Shown here: one piece after another, positions 12,971 to 26,636 of the stretch
How positions within the stretch are numbered: position 1 is the stretch's first letter
Layout: every line of letters begins with the position of its first letter
Assembly (NCBI RefSeq): GCF_018977255.1
Contig: NW_024704743.1
Location: forward strand, 92,444,001 to 92,508,000
DNA from: Callorhinchus milii
Lineage: Eukaryota
Direction: 5' to 3'
DNA: 64,000 nt
Made by a program: the position numbers and the translations under genes
The notes under the pieces: model-generated
Seen by the model: only the letters and a program-made list of their open reading frames with translations
Database searches by the model: none
What the model was told of the DNA's origin: nothing

Positions 12971-15032
12971 AAGAAATCACACTTAGTTTTTAAAAATTTG
13001 ATAATTTCACATTTCTTATTGAGAATTATTAACAGTGTTAAGAATCATTGCAAATTAGACCCCGATTGTGTTTGTCATCACTCTTTTCTAATGTTGCTAT
13101 TGAATTGATACGGAATTTTTTTAATGCACAGCTGTCAAGCTTCATTACTTTGATCCTCATACCTCTTACGTTAGTGAAAGGACATTGAAATGTATCAGTA
13201 TTATAACGATTTCTACCACCAGCTACTTGTTTATTGAATTCATCAGTGCATTCCCAAAACAACTTGGAAGTAAAATCTAATACACTTACAAAAATATCCT
13301 GCCAATTTTTTTCTTTTGTTTGATTTCCCGCTGAGTATTTGTTTTGGCCTGGAGTCATAATAGTGAATTATTTATGAAATAAAGTATATATTTTAAAAGA
13401 AAATTTTGAGGATAAAAATAAGAAAATGATTGACGGAAGTGCTTTATCTCACTAGAGATTCTGAAATGAGGTACATTAAGATTTATTTGGTTCACCTGAT
13501 CTCTTACTGCTCCTTACTGCTCTTTAAATCAGAAAAAGGCTAAACATTTAATGCTTGATATTATAGTTAAACAAAGTATCAGTTTCTGTCCAATGTTGCT
13601 CCAATCCTAATGGACATCCCGTAGCCTGCTGACTATGTCCAGGTTCATTCACAAAAAATAACCACTTTGGGCAAAGATGATTGGCTCTCACGAAATTGAT
13701 ATCAAGGTTGAACGCTTTTAAGAGAGGAATGTAAAACATAAAGCAGCTATGCTGTAAAGTTAGACGGGAATCATGCTGAGAGCATGAAATTTTAAAGGTC
13801 TACTAACAGAATGCAGAATTTGTTTTGCATTAACTTTCAAAATCTAGTTGCCCAATCTGTTTTTTAAATTTACTTATGTAAATCATAGAATTAAGCAGAA
13901 TGTACAGCATCAACACAGATGATTAAGCCCAACTATTCCATGCCAGTGTTCATATTCCACACAAGCCTTCACTAATCCTATCCACATTGCCATGTCCTCT
14001 TTTCCCTTTTCTCTCATGCAAGTATATATTTTATATTCATGACCAACAGTGGAAACAATTTAGTGGGGCTCAGTGTAGCTTCTCCTGCCTCTGTCTCTGT
14101 GCAGATTAAATCTGAAGGAAAACAAACATTTTTGCATGTTTTGGAAATCATGGAAATCAGTCACTCAATCATTAGCGTCTAAAATTAGTAAAATAAGTAC
14201 TAATATTTGCCTACAAATACACAGTCACTCCACATCATAGTGAATCCTGTGAAGCGTTTTGAGATGTCCTTCCAAGTGTAAGGCGCTATACCAAATACAA
14301 GGATTATTATTATTATGAAATGCAGAAAGGGATTCCCTTCATTTCATTCTGGAGACAAGAAATATAATATTTGTTTGATACTTATCAACCGTAAACACAT
14401 GTTTTGATCTTCCAATGCTCTTCTGGAGCAATCTGACACTCTTCTCAGTGAGACCGTTTACATGAACACTCAGGAATTTTTATGCTTAAACAGTAATATT
14501 GACACTTAGGAACATAGAAAGCTTGGACCACTAGAAACCCATTCCTTCTGGAGAACAAGGTAATCAAGCAAAACTCCAGGATATTTATCCATCCTCACAT
14601 CTCTTTTGACACTTCCTTTGTTCCCTGCCTAGCTAACATCCCCCAGCTCTTATGGAGCGTTTTTCATCTCAGTCTGCATTTGTGTGTTCTCCAATACCAA
14701 TCCCAAGGAGATACTAATCTGATTGTATTTGAAGTAACTAAACAGGAGTAAATCAATTTTTTTGGAGGTGTGTGTATGTGTCTGTGTGTGTGAGTGGGTT
14801 GAAATTGTTCCACCTATCCATTATTCTATGGGGAAAATAAATTCTAATCTTCAGTCTTGCTCAAGGCTAGCAAAGATGACATTCCAGGTTTAATTCCTCT
14901 TGTGACCGGTGTCATGTGAATAAAGTGATGGTCCAATCAGATAATGATCAATAAAGATAGTATTCAGTGTCATTCATAGTACTAGCTTTAAAAGTGATGT
15001 ATCTAAGAGTATTGCTCTATTTGAAGAGTTAT

Positions 15033-15462
15033 TGTCAGACTAGCTCAGTTGGCAGCACTTTCATTTCAGAGTCAGAAATGTTTTGGGTTCAAGCCCCATA
15101 TCACAACTTCGAATTCCCAGATTTTGCTGACACTTCAATGTAGTGTTGGGTGCGTGGTTCATTGTTGGAGGTGCCATCTTTCGGATGAAATGCTAAACCG
15201 ATGATCCATCTATCTAGGTTTAGGTAGATGTTAAACATTCCACTGCATTATTTGATTGAGAAGTTTCTCCCAGTTTCCTGGCCAACAAATCCTCCTGATA
15301 AAATCGGTCACTCACTTCAAGGTGCTCGTTGCTCTGCACAACTTGGCTGCTGGGTTCGCCTACAAAATACAGTCACTGCACTTTGCATTAAGATCCTGTG
15401 AAGTGCTTTGAGACATCTCACCCATGTGATGAAACGCTTTATCAAAAGCAAGAAATATTATT
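15033..15462 (+). mobile_element. Near full-length Deu-domain SINE (tRNA head + Deu core + L2-type tail)
   Basis: A box TAGCTCAGTTGG, B box GGGTTCAAGCCC, Deu core GGAGGTGCCATCTTTCGGATGA..TAAACCG, and tail GTGAAGTGCTTTGAGACATC...AAGCAAG(ATT). Confidence 0.8.
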
Positions 15463-18429
15463 GTAAATTATAACAAATTGAACCTTTTGCAGTAAGCTAG
15501 AAAGATAGATGTAATTAATTGTTTTAATTTTTTGTCTGCTCTGCAGTTCCAATGTTGTGATCTAAGTCAAATAATTGCTTTTCATCTGTTTTTAAAGATC
15601 TGGATCACGTCCCCTTTCAATTATTATTTTAATGAAAATATGAGTCTAGGAAACATTTTTGTTCTCTTCACCCTCTGCAAGTTTTCAATGTCCTTTGGAA
15701 GGTACTGGTAGGATGCTGAAAACAGCAAGTAAAAGGATTCCTTAACAAGGAATCTGATCCTGTTAATGAGGACTCCTTTCTATAACCGGAATTGTATCAT
15801 GACTTTTAGGATCGCCACTCTAATGCGAAGCTCCCGCCAGGTTTACGGGAATTCTAATGGGATTCCTTATTACAAAAACCTGGTAAGAAGTACCACTAAT
15901 TAACACCTCAATATTTCTAAATGCTTCAACATAAATGTATGGAAAGTTAGAAAAACTAATTTTAATCTATAATTAAATGTCCTCAAGACACGACCTATCA
16001 TTTACTCAGGTTTATACGAGTAAATTGTCACCAGCAGCTTCATATGGCCTGGAAACTTTCAGTAAATGATCAATAATCACATCAAATCATTTTCTTTCTC
16101 CAACTTTGCAAATAGACACTAGACACACAGATTTACTGTCTCTTGTTCCAATAGTCATTATCTTGCATTTGCATTTGTTAAAATCCATCTGCTCCTCAAT
16201 GGTCCATCTGGTTGATTGGTCTCTGTGAATGCTATTTATCCTCATATGTCTGTGTTGATGTGAATTGTCCGGGTATTCAGACACCATGATAATCAAGCTC
16301 ACAGAGATATTTGCATAACAGAAAGGCATAGTTACCAATGTGGAGAACAGAGTAAGTAGTTGCAGGAGTTTCCTCTTCTTTAAGTTTTACCTTCTTGTCT
16401 TCTTTCACTGGTCTGTTCTAAATTGTAACAGCTACACTGGCTACATTTATATCTTATTTGTTTACTTTGGCCTTTCCTTCAACTCTACCTAAAAGCCCAT
16501 CTGGTTTGGCTCACAAATATTGTTTTCTCGCATTTACTACTTACCTAACCATCCCATTTGAAATTTCTTTCAATCAAAACTGCAAGGCCACCTAATTATT
16601 ACACACAGAAACGGCTTCTTTGTCTTACTTCTCATAAAACATAGACCATCTGTTAGTTTTCTCTTCATTATGGTAGCAAATTGAGCAAGGGCATTACATA
16701 AGGAAAAGAGAGACATTAATCATTTTTACCAAGGTTAGAAAAGTCACATGAGTACAATCATCAAGAAAAATTCACTTAAAGGTACAGCAGTACAAATGTT
16801 CAGTAATTTTCCATTATACACAAAATGCATAGCAGTACAACACATCCAAAATGCATCATAAATGACTTATGTCAAGCATAAATTTATGTTAAGACAATTC
16901 ACCGACAATGCTTCACCTGTCATTGTAGCTTGATATTACCGACAAGTTTACATTACAGAATGTGTGAAGCATTGTATTCACTTTCAGGATTTTTTAGCCT
17001 CCCCCTAAGGAATGATCTAATCCAAATCAATATTAAAATAAAAAATACTTTAATTGACTTAAAAGTTAAATTAATAAAACAAACCGTTAAAAGATCCAGG
17101 CGTTGGGGAAAATTATAATTGTATCACATGGAAATAATAAATTAGAAGCAATACCCTCTTTTCTGTAACAATTGTTTGCCTCCATTCTAACTGCTACCTA
17201 AGATCCAATCTAAAGTCAGAGGTTTTTTTTAATTAACTTACAATTGCTTTCTGTGTAGCCTAAATTGGGATTGTTATAAATTATGAATGTTTACAACCCC
17301 ACAAATGGTCACTTGCCCACACAGACAAGTATTGGCTAGAATTGATTTGATATCCATTTGACTAGACACGTGAAAATGTTTAATGCAGTTAAATTAAAAA
17401 CCTGGCTTGGTGCCATGTCATCATGAAGAATTCTGCTGTGGTTTCATACACAGTAGGCATTGCTTGACCTCACAAATTGTCTGCAAGCATTGCCTCCATG
17501 GACAGCACACAGAGTAATGCAGATGAGTCATCTATAAGCACTTTTTAAGTTCTCAGTAAAAACACTTAGGCCTAGCTAATTATGATGATTTTCTGAAATG
17601 CCACCTGATACCATCTCTACAGGAGAGCTATTTGGCCTCCTATAAACCTAATTTACACAGACATAAATACAGCATTGTTGCAATGAGTTTCTTCGGGATT
17701 TATATAAAAAGTTATCTTAAGAAGGTGTAGATTATGCTGTGCATTCATCTGTGCTCCTCCTGGGCTCCTCAAGTCATGGAGCAATCTAGTCATGGAGTAA
17801 ATCTATTGTTTTCAATAGTGAAGATATATTAATAATTATCATCCTTGCATTTCTTATAGTATCTTATTTCGTCATCGAGATGTCCATCATTTCAAAAATG
17901 AAGCCTACCACCTGCTCCCTCGACCCCACCTCCACATCTCCCAGCTCTACATCTTGGCCCTTCTTTTAACTGACATTATCCTTATTCACTGGCACTGTTC
18001 CCACCTCCCTAAAAACAGCTGTCATCACACCCATCTTCAATAAAACCTTCTCTGGACCCATCCCTACTCTCCAGCTATCGCCCCACCTCCAACCTTCCAT
18101 TCTTCTCCCCTGGAACAAGTCGTCCCTTCCCAGCTTCGCTCTTTCCTCTCAAATCGGGTTTCTGTGCTGCCCAGACCCCTGGCCAGTCACTAAATACATT
18201 CTGAACGTCTGCGACCAGGGCTCCCTCTGCCTCCTTATCTTCTTCGACCACTCTGCTGCCTTCGACACTGTCTATCCTCCTACACCACCTCTCCTCTCAG
18301 CTCAATCTTCACGCCCTCCTGCTTGGCTCTTGTCTGCGCCTCCATACCTTGGGCTTTGACAGCATCTCCCTCCATGAATGCACTCTACATCTCACAGAGT
18401 CAGTATGGAACCTCAGTATCCTGTTCAAC

Positions 18430-19163
18430 AACAACAACAACAAGATTACATTTGTATAGCGCCTTTCACGTCGGGAGGACATCCCAAGGCACTGGACAGA
18501 GTACAGCATTTCAGACCCGAGCTGGGGTTGGGGAAGTAAGGGAGGGGAGGGGAAGGGGGGTGGCTGATGGCATGGTCGATGAGGCGGGACTTGAAGGAGG
18601 CTAAGGAGGCGGTGAGGCAGAGTGACTGGGGGATGGAATTCCAGAGGTTGGGGGCAGAATGGCTGAAGGTTCTCCCGACAATGGTGGGGTGGGTGGGTCG
18701 GGGGACGTGGAGCAGGCCAGAGCCGGCTGAGCAGAGGGAGCGGGTGGGTTGCAGAGGTAGGATGGGAGCTCGCAGAGGTAGGGTGGGGCGAAGCCATGGA
18801 GAGCTTTGTATGTGACGATCAGGATCTTGAATTGGATCCTCTGAAGGATAGGGAGCCAATGGAGTCGGGCGAGAGTGGGGGAGATGGGGTCATGGAGTTT
18901 GGTGTGGGAGAGGTCACAGGCTGCAGAGTTCTGGATTATCTGCAGCCTGTGAAGGGAGGAGTTGGGAAGGCCGACAAGTAGGGCGTTTGCATAGTCGAGC
19001 TTGGAGTTGATGAAGGCATGAACAAGAGTTTCAGCGGCCTGAGGGGTGAGGTAGTGGCGGAATTGGGCGATGTTACGGTGGTGAGGGAAGGCAGAGCGGG
19101 TCATGGCTTGAATGTGGGGGAGAAAAGACAGTTGAGGGTCAAACAAGACACCTAGGTTCCTGA
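18430..19163 (-). mobile_element. 5'-truncated L2 inserted antisense into an L2; TSD CTGTTCAAC
   Basis: TSD at 18421-18429 and 19164-19172; (AAC)n tail; ORF 18601..19146 encodes the L2 ORF2 C-terminus (LVHAFINSKLDYAN..LHWLP). Confidence 0.9.
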
Positions 19164-19639
19164 CTGTTCAACCCTCAACTGTTCTTCATAACCCACATCC
19201 GTGCCTTTCCCCAACTCTGCAACATCGCTCGGTTCCACCACTGTCTCACACCGCAGGCCGCTGAGACCTTCATACACTTATTGATAACTTTCACCTCAAC
19301 CATGCAAACTCCCTGCTTGTCGGCCTCCCCAACTCCTTCCTCCATAGGGTGCAGATCATCCAGAACTCTGCAGCTCATGTCCTCTCCCGCACCAGGCTCC
19401 ACGACCCTATCACCCTCATCCTTGTCCAACTCCACTGGCTTCCCATCACATAGAGGATACAGTTCAAGATCCTGGTCCTCACTTTCAAAGCCCTCCATGG
19501 CCTTGCTCCCCCTACCTCTGTGACCTCCTAACTCTCTACCAACCTGCTTGCTCCCTCCACTCAGCGTGCTCCGCATTGGTGAGCGGACCTTCAGCCACTC
19601 TGCCCTATCATCTGAACTCCATCCCACAGTCCCTCTGCC

Positions 19640-19707
19640 AGCGCTTTGGGATATACTCCCGACGTGAAAGGCGCTACAAAAATGTAATTTTTTCTTGCTG
19701 TTGTTGT
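19640..19707 (+). mobile_element. Extremely truncated L2 3' tail; TSD TGCC
   Basis: Only the stem-loop and (TTG)n tail are present; TGCC at 19636-19639 and 19708-19711. Confidence 0.75.
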
Positions 19708-19912
19708 TGCCTTGGCCCTTCCCTTGCCTCCTTCAAGACCCATCTCAAAACCTTCCTCTTCAACCGTACCTTCAGTCTCCCTTCTTCCCCCACTGCCCTC
19801 CACCTTCTCCAATGCCAACTCCCAGCTAAGGTCCGAAACACTGATTGTTCATTACTTTGGGATGTCCACCCGATGTGAAAGCCGCTATACAAATTTAATT
19901 TTGTTTGTTATT

Positions 19913-20275
19913 AAAGTCCTTCATAGGATTTTACAGTAGAATATATTGATTGCTTATTTGCAGACAAATGCAGCAGCCAATTTGTACACAACAATCGTTT
20001 CACAAACAGTCATAAAGTCAGTGACCAATTTTATGTGGGGTTTGTTGACCAGGATAGCAAGAGAACCTTCTTCCTCTTTCAAATAGTGTCATGGGATCTT
20101 TAACGTGAACTTCAATTTGACATCTTTTCCTAAGGATGGCACCTCCGTCAATGTAGTGCACCCTCAGCACTGCACTGCATTGTCATCTTAGGTTGTAAGT
20201 TCAAAGTCCCAACATGAGAGTCACAGTTAACTTATGATTCAGGGGGAAGAGTGCTACCAACTGAACCAGGCTAAC
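19913..20275 (-). mobile_element. Deu-domain SINE
   Basis: Reverse-complement homology to 15033-15420. Confidence 0.75.
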
Positions 20276-20911
20276 AATTTATAGAAGAAGTGGAGTTGGA
20301 AGATTATTGTGGAATTTGCTTGTTTTAAACTGTGTTATCAATGAATGAGCGTTAAATATAATAAATAATAATCCTTGCATTTGATATAGCATATCACTTC
20401 AATGAGATGATTCCAAGCTCTTCACAGGATATATTTTTAAGTGGATTGACTGTGTATTTTGTGGGCGAAATGCAGCAGCGAATTGTGCATAGCAGTGTCC
20501 CAACCACAAACAATCGTGGATTGAGTAATTTAAAATAAAAATTTTGAACAGATTATTACCCCAGGAAAGTGATCTGCCAAATGACTAACAACCAAGTTCC
20601 TACTTACTGCTAAATAAACAGTGGACTAAGGAAAATTGCATAAGGTTTTGCCCCACCCGGACAGTTCTAAGTGCTTTATGGGATAGATTTGGTTTATGTG
20701 CGTCGGTGTGACGTGTGTCAGCCTCGTGCAGTCAGTGGTAGCACTGTTGCTTATAAGTCAGAAGATTGTGGGTTCAAGCCCCTCAACGGGATTTGCAATC
20801 ATATAGTCTAAGATAACACTCCAATGCAGTGCTGGAAACTTTGCAATGGACCTGTTGGTAGAAGTAAACAAAAAAACCCTCATAAAAGTTTGTACTTTAA
20901 ATCTACAAGTT

Positions 20912-21258
20912 TCTACCAACCTGTCCGCTCCCTCCACTCAATGAGCTCTAGCCTGCTTCATGTTCCCCACCTTGTCAGCCCCAGTATTGGTTGGTGGATC
21001 TTCAGTCTCTGTCCCCACACTCTGGAACTCCACCCCACAGTACTTCCAACTCGCCCCCTCCCTTGCCTCCTCAAAATCCGTCTCAAGACCCTCCTCTTCG
21101 ACCGTGCCTTCAGTCACCCTTCTAAATCTATCCTCCCAGCCCTGCAGCCCTCCTGATCCCAATTGCCAGCTCGGGTGCTAATCCCTGACTATCCAGTGTC
21201 TTGGGACGTCCTCATGACATGAAAGGCGCTATACAATTGTAATTTGTTGTTGTTATTG
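20912..21258 (+). mobile_element. L2 3' fragment
   Basis: PTLWNS..KTLLFDRAF coding remnant, 3' stem-loop and (TTG)n tail. Confidence 0.85.
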
Positions 21259-22415
21259 CTTGAAAGTCTGCAGAATCTCTCCACATAGCTTTCTTTTGAC
21301 TGTACAAAAAGCCTTTATACATATATATGACACAGCATATATATAATATGCTGCACAGTGGGGTCGAAATTGTAATAAGAGTTTTTAAATTTGACTCCAA
21401 GTCATAAATAGGAGATCCTAAACTAAAAATGTGTTAGTCACTCTGACCCGTGGGGATGCTTCTGGGCGTATTGGAGTAAGGTTGTTGTTAGGACTGTGTG
21501 ATGCACTTCTGGTTCTCAGCAGGATTTGCTATCTGTGACTCAACGTCAAAATTAATGATTACTGTTACAAATCAATATCATCTGACTCCATTCATGTACT
21601 TTAACCATTAATGGGGTTGATGCCCATGATAGGATAGGTTTTGTGTGGACTGTGACAGGAGCCAGCTTCATGGGCAGAATACTCTTTCACATTCCATGCT
21701 TTACTTTTTCTTATGTACACTTTTTGGGGAACTCGAGCGTGAAACATTGACAGTTGTCACAAAACCTGAAGTCACAAACTCATGATATTTCAATATATTC
21801 GACTACAAAATGCAGTCCCTGCACTTTAAAGTAAATCATTTGAAGCACTGTGAGACATCCTACTGAGATGACAGGTACTATATCAAATGCAAGAATTATT
21901 ATATTTACAAACCTCAATAGGATCTCCCACCTATTTATATGGGACTTTGGAAAGATATATCAAGTTGTATTAAAAAATGATTATAATGGCAGTGAGGTTC
22001 CATATTTCATCAAATACCCTTCTATTGGGTTTAGTGTTTCATCTGAACTGTAGCAACAAGTTCAAAGTAGATGTTTTGATTTCCCTGGCAGGAACCATTA
22101 ACTGCTTTGTAGAGATCATTAACAATCCTTTGTGACTAAATAATTGTATCTTGAAGCTATCTACTGGTGATTTGAGCATAATGAGAACCAAAAATAACAA
22201 TCAACTTTAAAAAGGCCCTTTTTAAATGGAAATGTTCATAAAAGTTTATAGGTTGATTGAGTAGAGATGTTGTGATAGTGATTAAGCTGAAAAGGTTTCT
22301 GTATATGAATAAGAACAGGTGTAAAAGACGTTTTCTGTAAATAAATAACTAGTTGCATTCATATAGCAACATTCACATAGGGTTTCACAAGAATGGGGTT
22401 GAACAATGACAGTGG

Positions 22416-22915
22416 AGAAGAAGAAGAAGAACAACAACAAGATTTCATTTATCGAGCGCCTTTCAAGTCAGGAGGATGTCCCAAGGCGCTGGACAGTTGT
22501 GTTGGGACCCGAGCAGGGGGGAAATGGTCAGGGTGAGGGGAGGGAAGGGAGGGAACGAGGAGGGGATAGAGAGCCGAGAGGGGAGCTGAAGGTCGAAGAG
22601 AAAGGTCTTGAGACCGGCCTTGAAGGAGGAAAGGGAGGAAGCAAGGCGAAGGCACTGGGGGATGGAGTTCCAGAGCCTAGGGGCTGAGAGGCTGAAGGCT
22701 CGGCCACCGATGTTAGGGCGGGGGATGTGGAGCAGACCGGAGCCAGAGGAACGGAGGGTACGGGCAGATAAGTAGGGGAATAGTAGGTTGGAAAAGTATG
22801 AGGGAGCAAGGCCATGAATGGCCTTGTGGGTGAGGATGAGGATCTTGAATTCGATCCTCTGGGAGATGGGGTGCCAGTGGTGGCGAGCGAGGGTGGGGGT
22901 GATGTGGTCGCGAAG
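22416..22915 (-). mobile_element. Young 5'-truncated L2
   Basis: ORF 22463..23005 contains [31 protein letters not shown], near-identical to 34320-34700; compound (AAG)n(AAC)n tail. Confidence 0.92.
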
Positions 22916-23850
22916 GACATCATAGTAGAATTTAAAGACTTGTTTCCAATATCTGATGCAAAACTCGCTTTTATATTGATCTGAAGTATTTATAGCTGCA
23001 ATCAAGTGAATGGAGAGACTCCACTTTGAAACTTGAATTTCACCGTGAAGATAAAATGTATGAAAAACAGAAATCCGGTTAGTGTCTTGTGCATTAAATT
23101 AAAGCTCCTTGCAGTTTTCCTTTATCTGCGATTTTAGATAACACATTATGAAATAAACCTAATCATATACAGTGAAGCTGAAAAGGAGATGGCTCCCAAT
23201 GGTATTCAATGATAGTCAGAGTCAATAATAGGGAATATGCTGTTAATTGAAGCCAATTCAGTCACAGATAGATATTAATCTTGGATTTCCCACACATTAT
23301 AGTGGACTAACTAGTGGCAGGATTCCCCACAAGAAAATCTTGTGCAGTGGTAAATGTTGTTGCTAACCTAAAAGAGTGCAGTTGCTTATTTCAACTGTGG
23401 ATATTACATTGTTCACTCCAAATATTTCATTGGTCATAATGTTGCTGATTTTCTTTTTCATGGATATGAATTAGCCATAAAGTGCGATTTACAGCCACGA
23501 CAAGAAAACAAAAAAATACAGCAGCAGGATATTGAATGAGTGGTGCAATACCTTATTCATTACATGAGTGATTAACTCTTAGGTGTTAAATTCATCCTGG
23601 AAATGAGGCATTAAGTGTAATTCATTCAGGGAATTATCACACTAATGGAACCAATAAATAAATAAAATCATTAATTAATGTGATGACTATTATTTAATTT
23701 AAAAGCGAGCTCATTTATAAATCTAATTGCAGCTGAGCTGAAAGCCTCTGTGCTGTTAGAGTGGGTTCTATTTGCCTTCTGTCCTTACCCTGTACAGCAA
23801 CACAAGATGCAGACTATCCAGAACTTTGCAGTCCATGTCCTCTCCTGCAT

Positions 23851-24171
23851 TAATAATAATAATAATCCTTGCATTTAATATAGCGCTTTTCACGTCGGGA
23901 GGACGTCCCAAAGCGCTGCACAGAACACACTGTAAAGTGAATTGACTGTATATTTGTGGGCGAACGCGGCAGCCAATTGCACACAGCAATGTCCCACAAA
24001 CAGTCGTAGATTGAAAATGACCAATTTTATTATTGTTTTTGTTTTTTGGAGGGATTATTATTAGCCTCTGTGTGGAGTAAGGAAACTTGCCCGAGGTTTC
24101 GCCCTCTGCCTGGAATTGAACTCAGGTCTTTCACTTGCAAAGCGAGTGCTCTAACCACTGAGCTACAGGAC
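23851..24171 (-). mobile_element. tRNA-headed SINE inserted in a decayed plus-strand L2 (~23790-24520)
   Basis: Full head, body and tail; L2 homology (CAGACTATCCAGAAC..) continues on both sides. Confidence 0.88.
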
Positions 24172-24756
24172 TCTGTGAGCCTATCACCATCATCCTCACT
24201 TGGCTTTATTGGCTCTCCATCATTGCAGCAGATCGAGTACAAGATCCTCATGTCTACCGTCCTATCTGCCACATCATTGGCAGGTGGGCCCACAGCCATT
24301 CTGCCCCGCTCTCTGGAACTCCATCCTGGAGTACCTCTGAATCACTCATTTCCTTCCTCCCCTTTTACAAAACATGTCTGAAAATGTACCTTTTTGATTG
24401 TACTTTTGGCTATCTTTCAACTTTCCCATCTTCCTCGGCTCACAACCCAAGCTTGGGTGCCCATCCAGAACTGTGAATGTGCTTTTGCGTGTCCTCCCGA
24501 TGTGAAAGGCAGTATATAATTATATTGTAAATTTGCATTGTATTGATGTTTGTGTTGTGTTGCCTGCTAATGTTGCAAATATTGCTACTAATTTTTTAAT
24601 CCTACTGGGGACCCACTTTAATGTTTTCAGGTGTGGAATTATTGTAGCAATGTCCATATTGCAAGCAATTATTCTCCAGGTTATCAGGACTACTACAAAC
24701 AGCAGTGATTATTAGGCCATGCTCAGACTTTCCAAGAAAAAGAAAGGAATTGGTCA

Positions 24757-25110
24757 GATTTGATTATGAGCGGTTTCGATAGAGTAAATAGGGAGAAACT
24801 GTTTCCAGTGGCAGGTGGATTGGTAACCAGGGGACATAGATTCAAGATAATTGGCAAAAGAATCAGAGGGGAGATTAGGAGAACTTTTTTTACACAGAGT
24901 TGTTATCGTATGAAATGCACTGCCTGAAAGTGTGGTGGAAACAGATTCAATAACAACTTTCAAAGAGAATTGGACAGGTATTTGAAAATGAAACACCTCC
25001 AAGGATATGGGGAAAGTGAGCGGGAGTGGGATTGATTGGGTAGCTCTTCTAAAGAGCTGGCACAGGCACGATGGGCTGAATGGCCTCCTTCTGTGCTGTG
25101 ATTCTATGAT
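24757..25110 (+). mobile_element. CR1 3' fragment
   Basis: GFDRVNREKLFPVAG..TRGHRFKI..FFTQRV coding remnant and TTCTATGA tail. Confidence 0.85.
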
Positions 25111-25469
25111 CTACTCCCTCCAAATCCATGTTGGATGTCTTTATTAGATTATTTTCCTACAGGTAATCTTCCATTTTGCCTCTGCTGATTGTTTCCATCA
25201 ATTTACCATTTTCTGAGGTCAGGTTAATGGATCTGTTCTTGCTGGATATTGTCTGACACTTTCCATGAATATGAACAAGATTTGGTTGCTTCCAGTCTGC
25301 TTGAACCTCATTGATGGTGATTCATTTCCTCTTCACAATCTCACTGCTTCACAACTTCCCTGTCTTGTCTTTCTAGATAATCAGCTGGGGTATAATAAAT
25401 CCATTCCAGCGGATTTTCTGTTTTTCGGTCCCTTGAGGCTATCTTGAGTCTCACTAAAGTGTATGTCCT

Positions 25470-25830
25470 GGAGCTCACACAACATGATGGATGTTGGGGG
25501 ACATATGTTTGATGTAATCCCGGGTTTTAAAACTCATTCCATGTTTACTACTCTTATTTTCTGGGGCAGGGCCATTGTCAATGAGTACAAATTAGGGGTT
25601 CACATACTTTGTGCTAAGACTGTAGGATGTGAATCCAGGTTTGTAATTGAATTCATCAACTTGAGTGGGTTCCATATAAACTCAAGATATCTCAAATACA
25701 ACCTGCATTCAATGGCTGAGTTTTTCTTGAAGCTTAGTGTTGATCTTTGGGAAGTTGATGGTTTTCTGTAAACGGTACTGTTGTATCACTAGTCAGTTAC
25801 CCATTGAGACAAATTCCCTTGAGGTGATCC
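25470..25830 (-). pseudogene. Possible decayed pogo/Tigger-like DDE transposase fragment
   Basis: Minus-strand translation with stops: ..KPGFTSYSLSTKYVNP*FVLIDNGPAPE..KHMSPNIHHVV*AP, resembling the pogo LL.LDNAP.H...FLPPNTT..QP.D motifs. Confidence 0.35.
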
Positions 25831-25937
25831 AAAGGCTCAGAAAATACACCAAACAATGATAGAGAAGATGCTTCTTCCATCTTCCCAGTCCCAATCCTCC
25901 CACTCTTATGACCCACAAAACACAATTCTTTTGAAAT

Positions 25938-26636
25938 AAACAACAACAACAAAATTACATTTGTATAGCACCTTCCAGGTCAGGAGAACATCCCAAGGTG
26001 CTGGATAATCAGTTTTTTGGACGTGAGCTGGAGGTCGGGATTGGGTAGTGGGGAAAGAAGGAGACCGAAGGCACGGTCGAAGAGTAGGGTCTTGAGACAG
26101 GTCTTGAAGGAAGCAAGTGAGGGGGTGAGGTGGAAGGATGGAGTTCCAGAGAATGGGGACAGAGTGGCTGAAAGCTCACCTGTCAGTGGTGGGCGTGGTG
26201 GGGGATGTAAAGCAGGCCGGAGCCTGCTGAGTGTCGGGATCGGGCAGTTTGGTAATGGGTTAGGAGGTCACAGATGAAGGGAGGAGCAGGACCATGGAGG
26301 GCTTTGAAGGTGAGGACCAGGATCTTGAACTGTATCCTCTATGTTAATGGAGGCCAATGGAGTCGGGTGAGGATGGGGTTGATAGGTTGCAGAGCTTGGT
26401 GGTGGAAAGGACACGGGCTGCAGAGTTCTGGATGATCTGCTGCCTATGAAGGGAGGAGTTGTGGAGGCCGACAAGCAAAGAGTTTGGGTAGTTGAGCCTG
26501 GATGTTATGAATGTGTGTATGAGGGTCTCGGCAGGCCTGTGGTGGGAGACAGTGGCAGAGCCAAGCGGTGTTGCGTAGGTGGGGGAAGGCGGAGTGGGTC
26601 ATGGCATGGATGTGGGGTATGAAGGACAATTGAGAG
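25938..26636 (-). mobile_element. Older 5'-truncated L2
   Basis: (AAC)n tail; QLSFIPHIHAMTHSAFPHLRNTAWL remnant (ORF 26444..26674). Confidence 0.85.

Larger units (their letters stand above)
17885..19910 (+). mobile_element. Old L2 LINE (internally deleted ORF2 to 3' tail) hosting two nested L2 insertions
   Basis: Degenerate homology to 33150-34870 resumes across the inserts at 18430-19163 and 19640-19707. Confidence 0.85.

Noticed and set aside
17489..17510. REST/NRSE site (CCATGGACAGCAC)
   Set aside because: Only the right half matches; the TTCAGCA half is absent.
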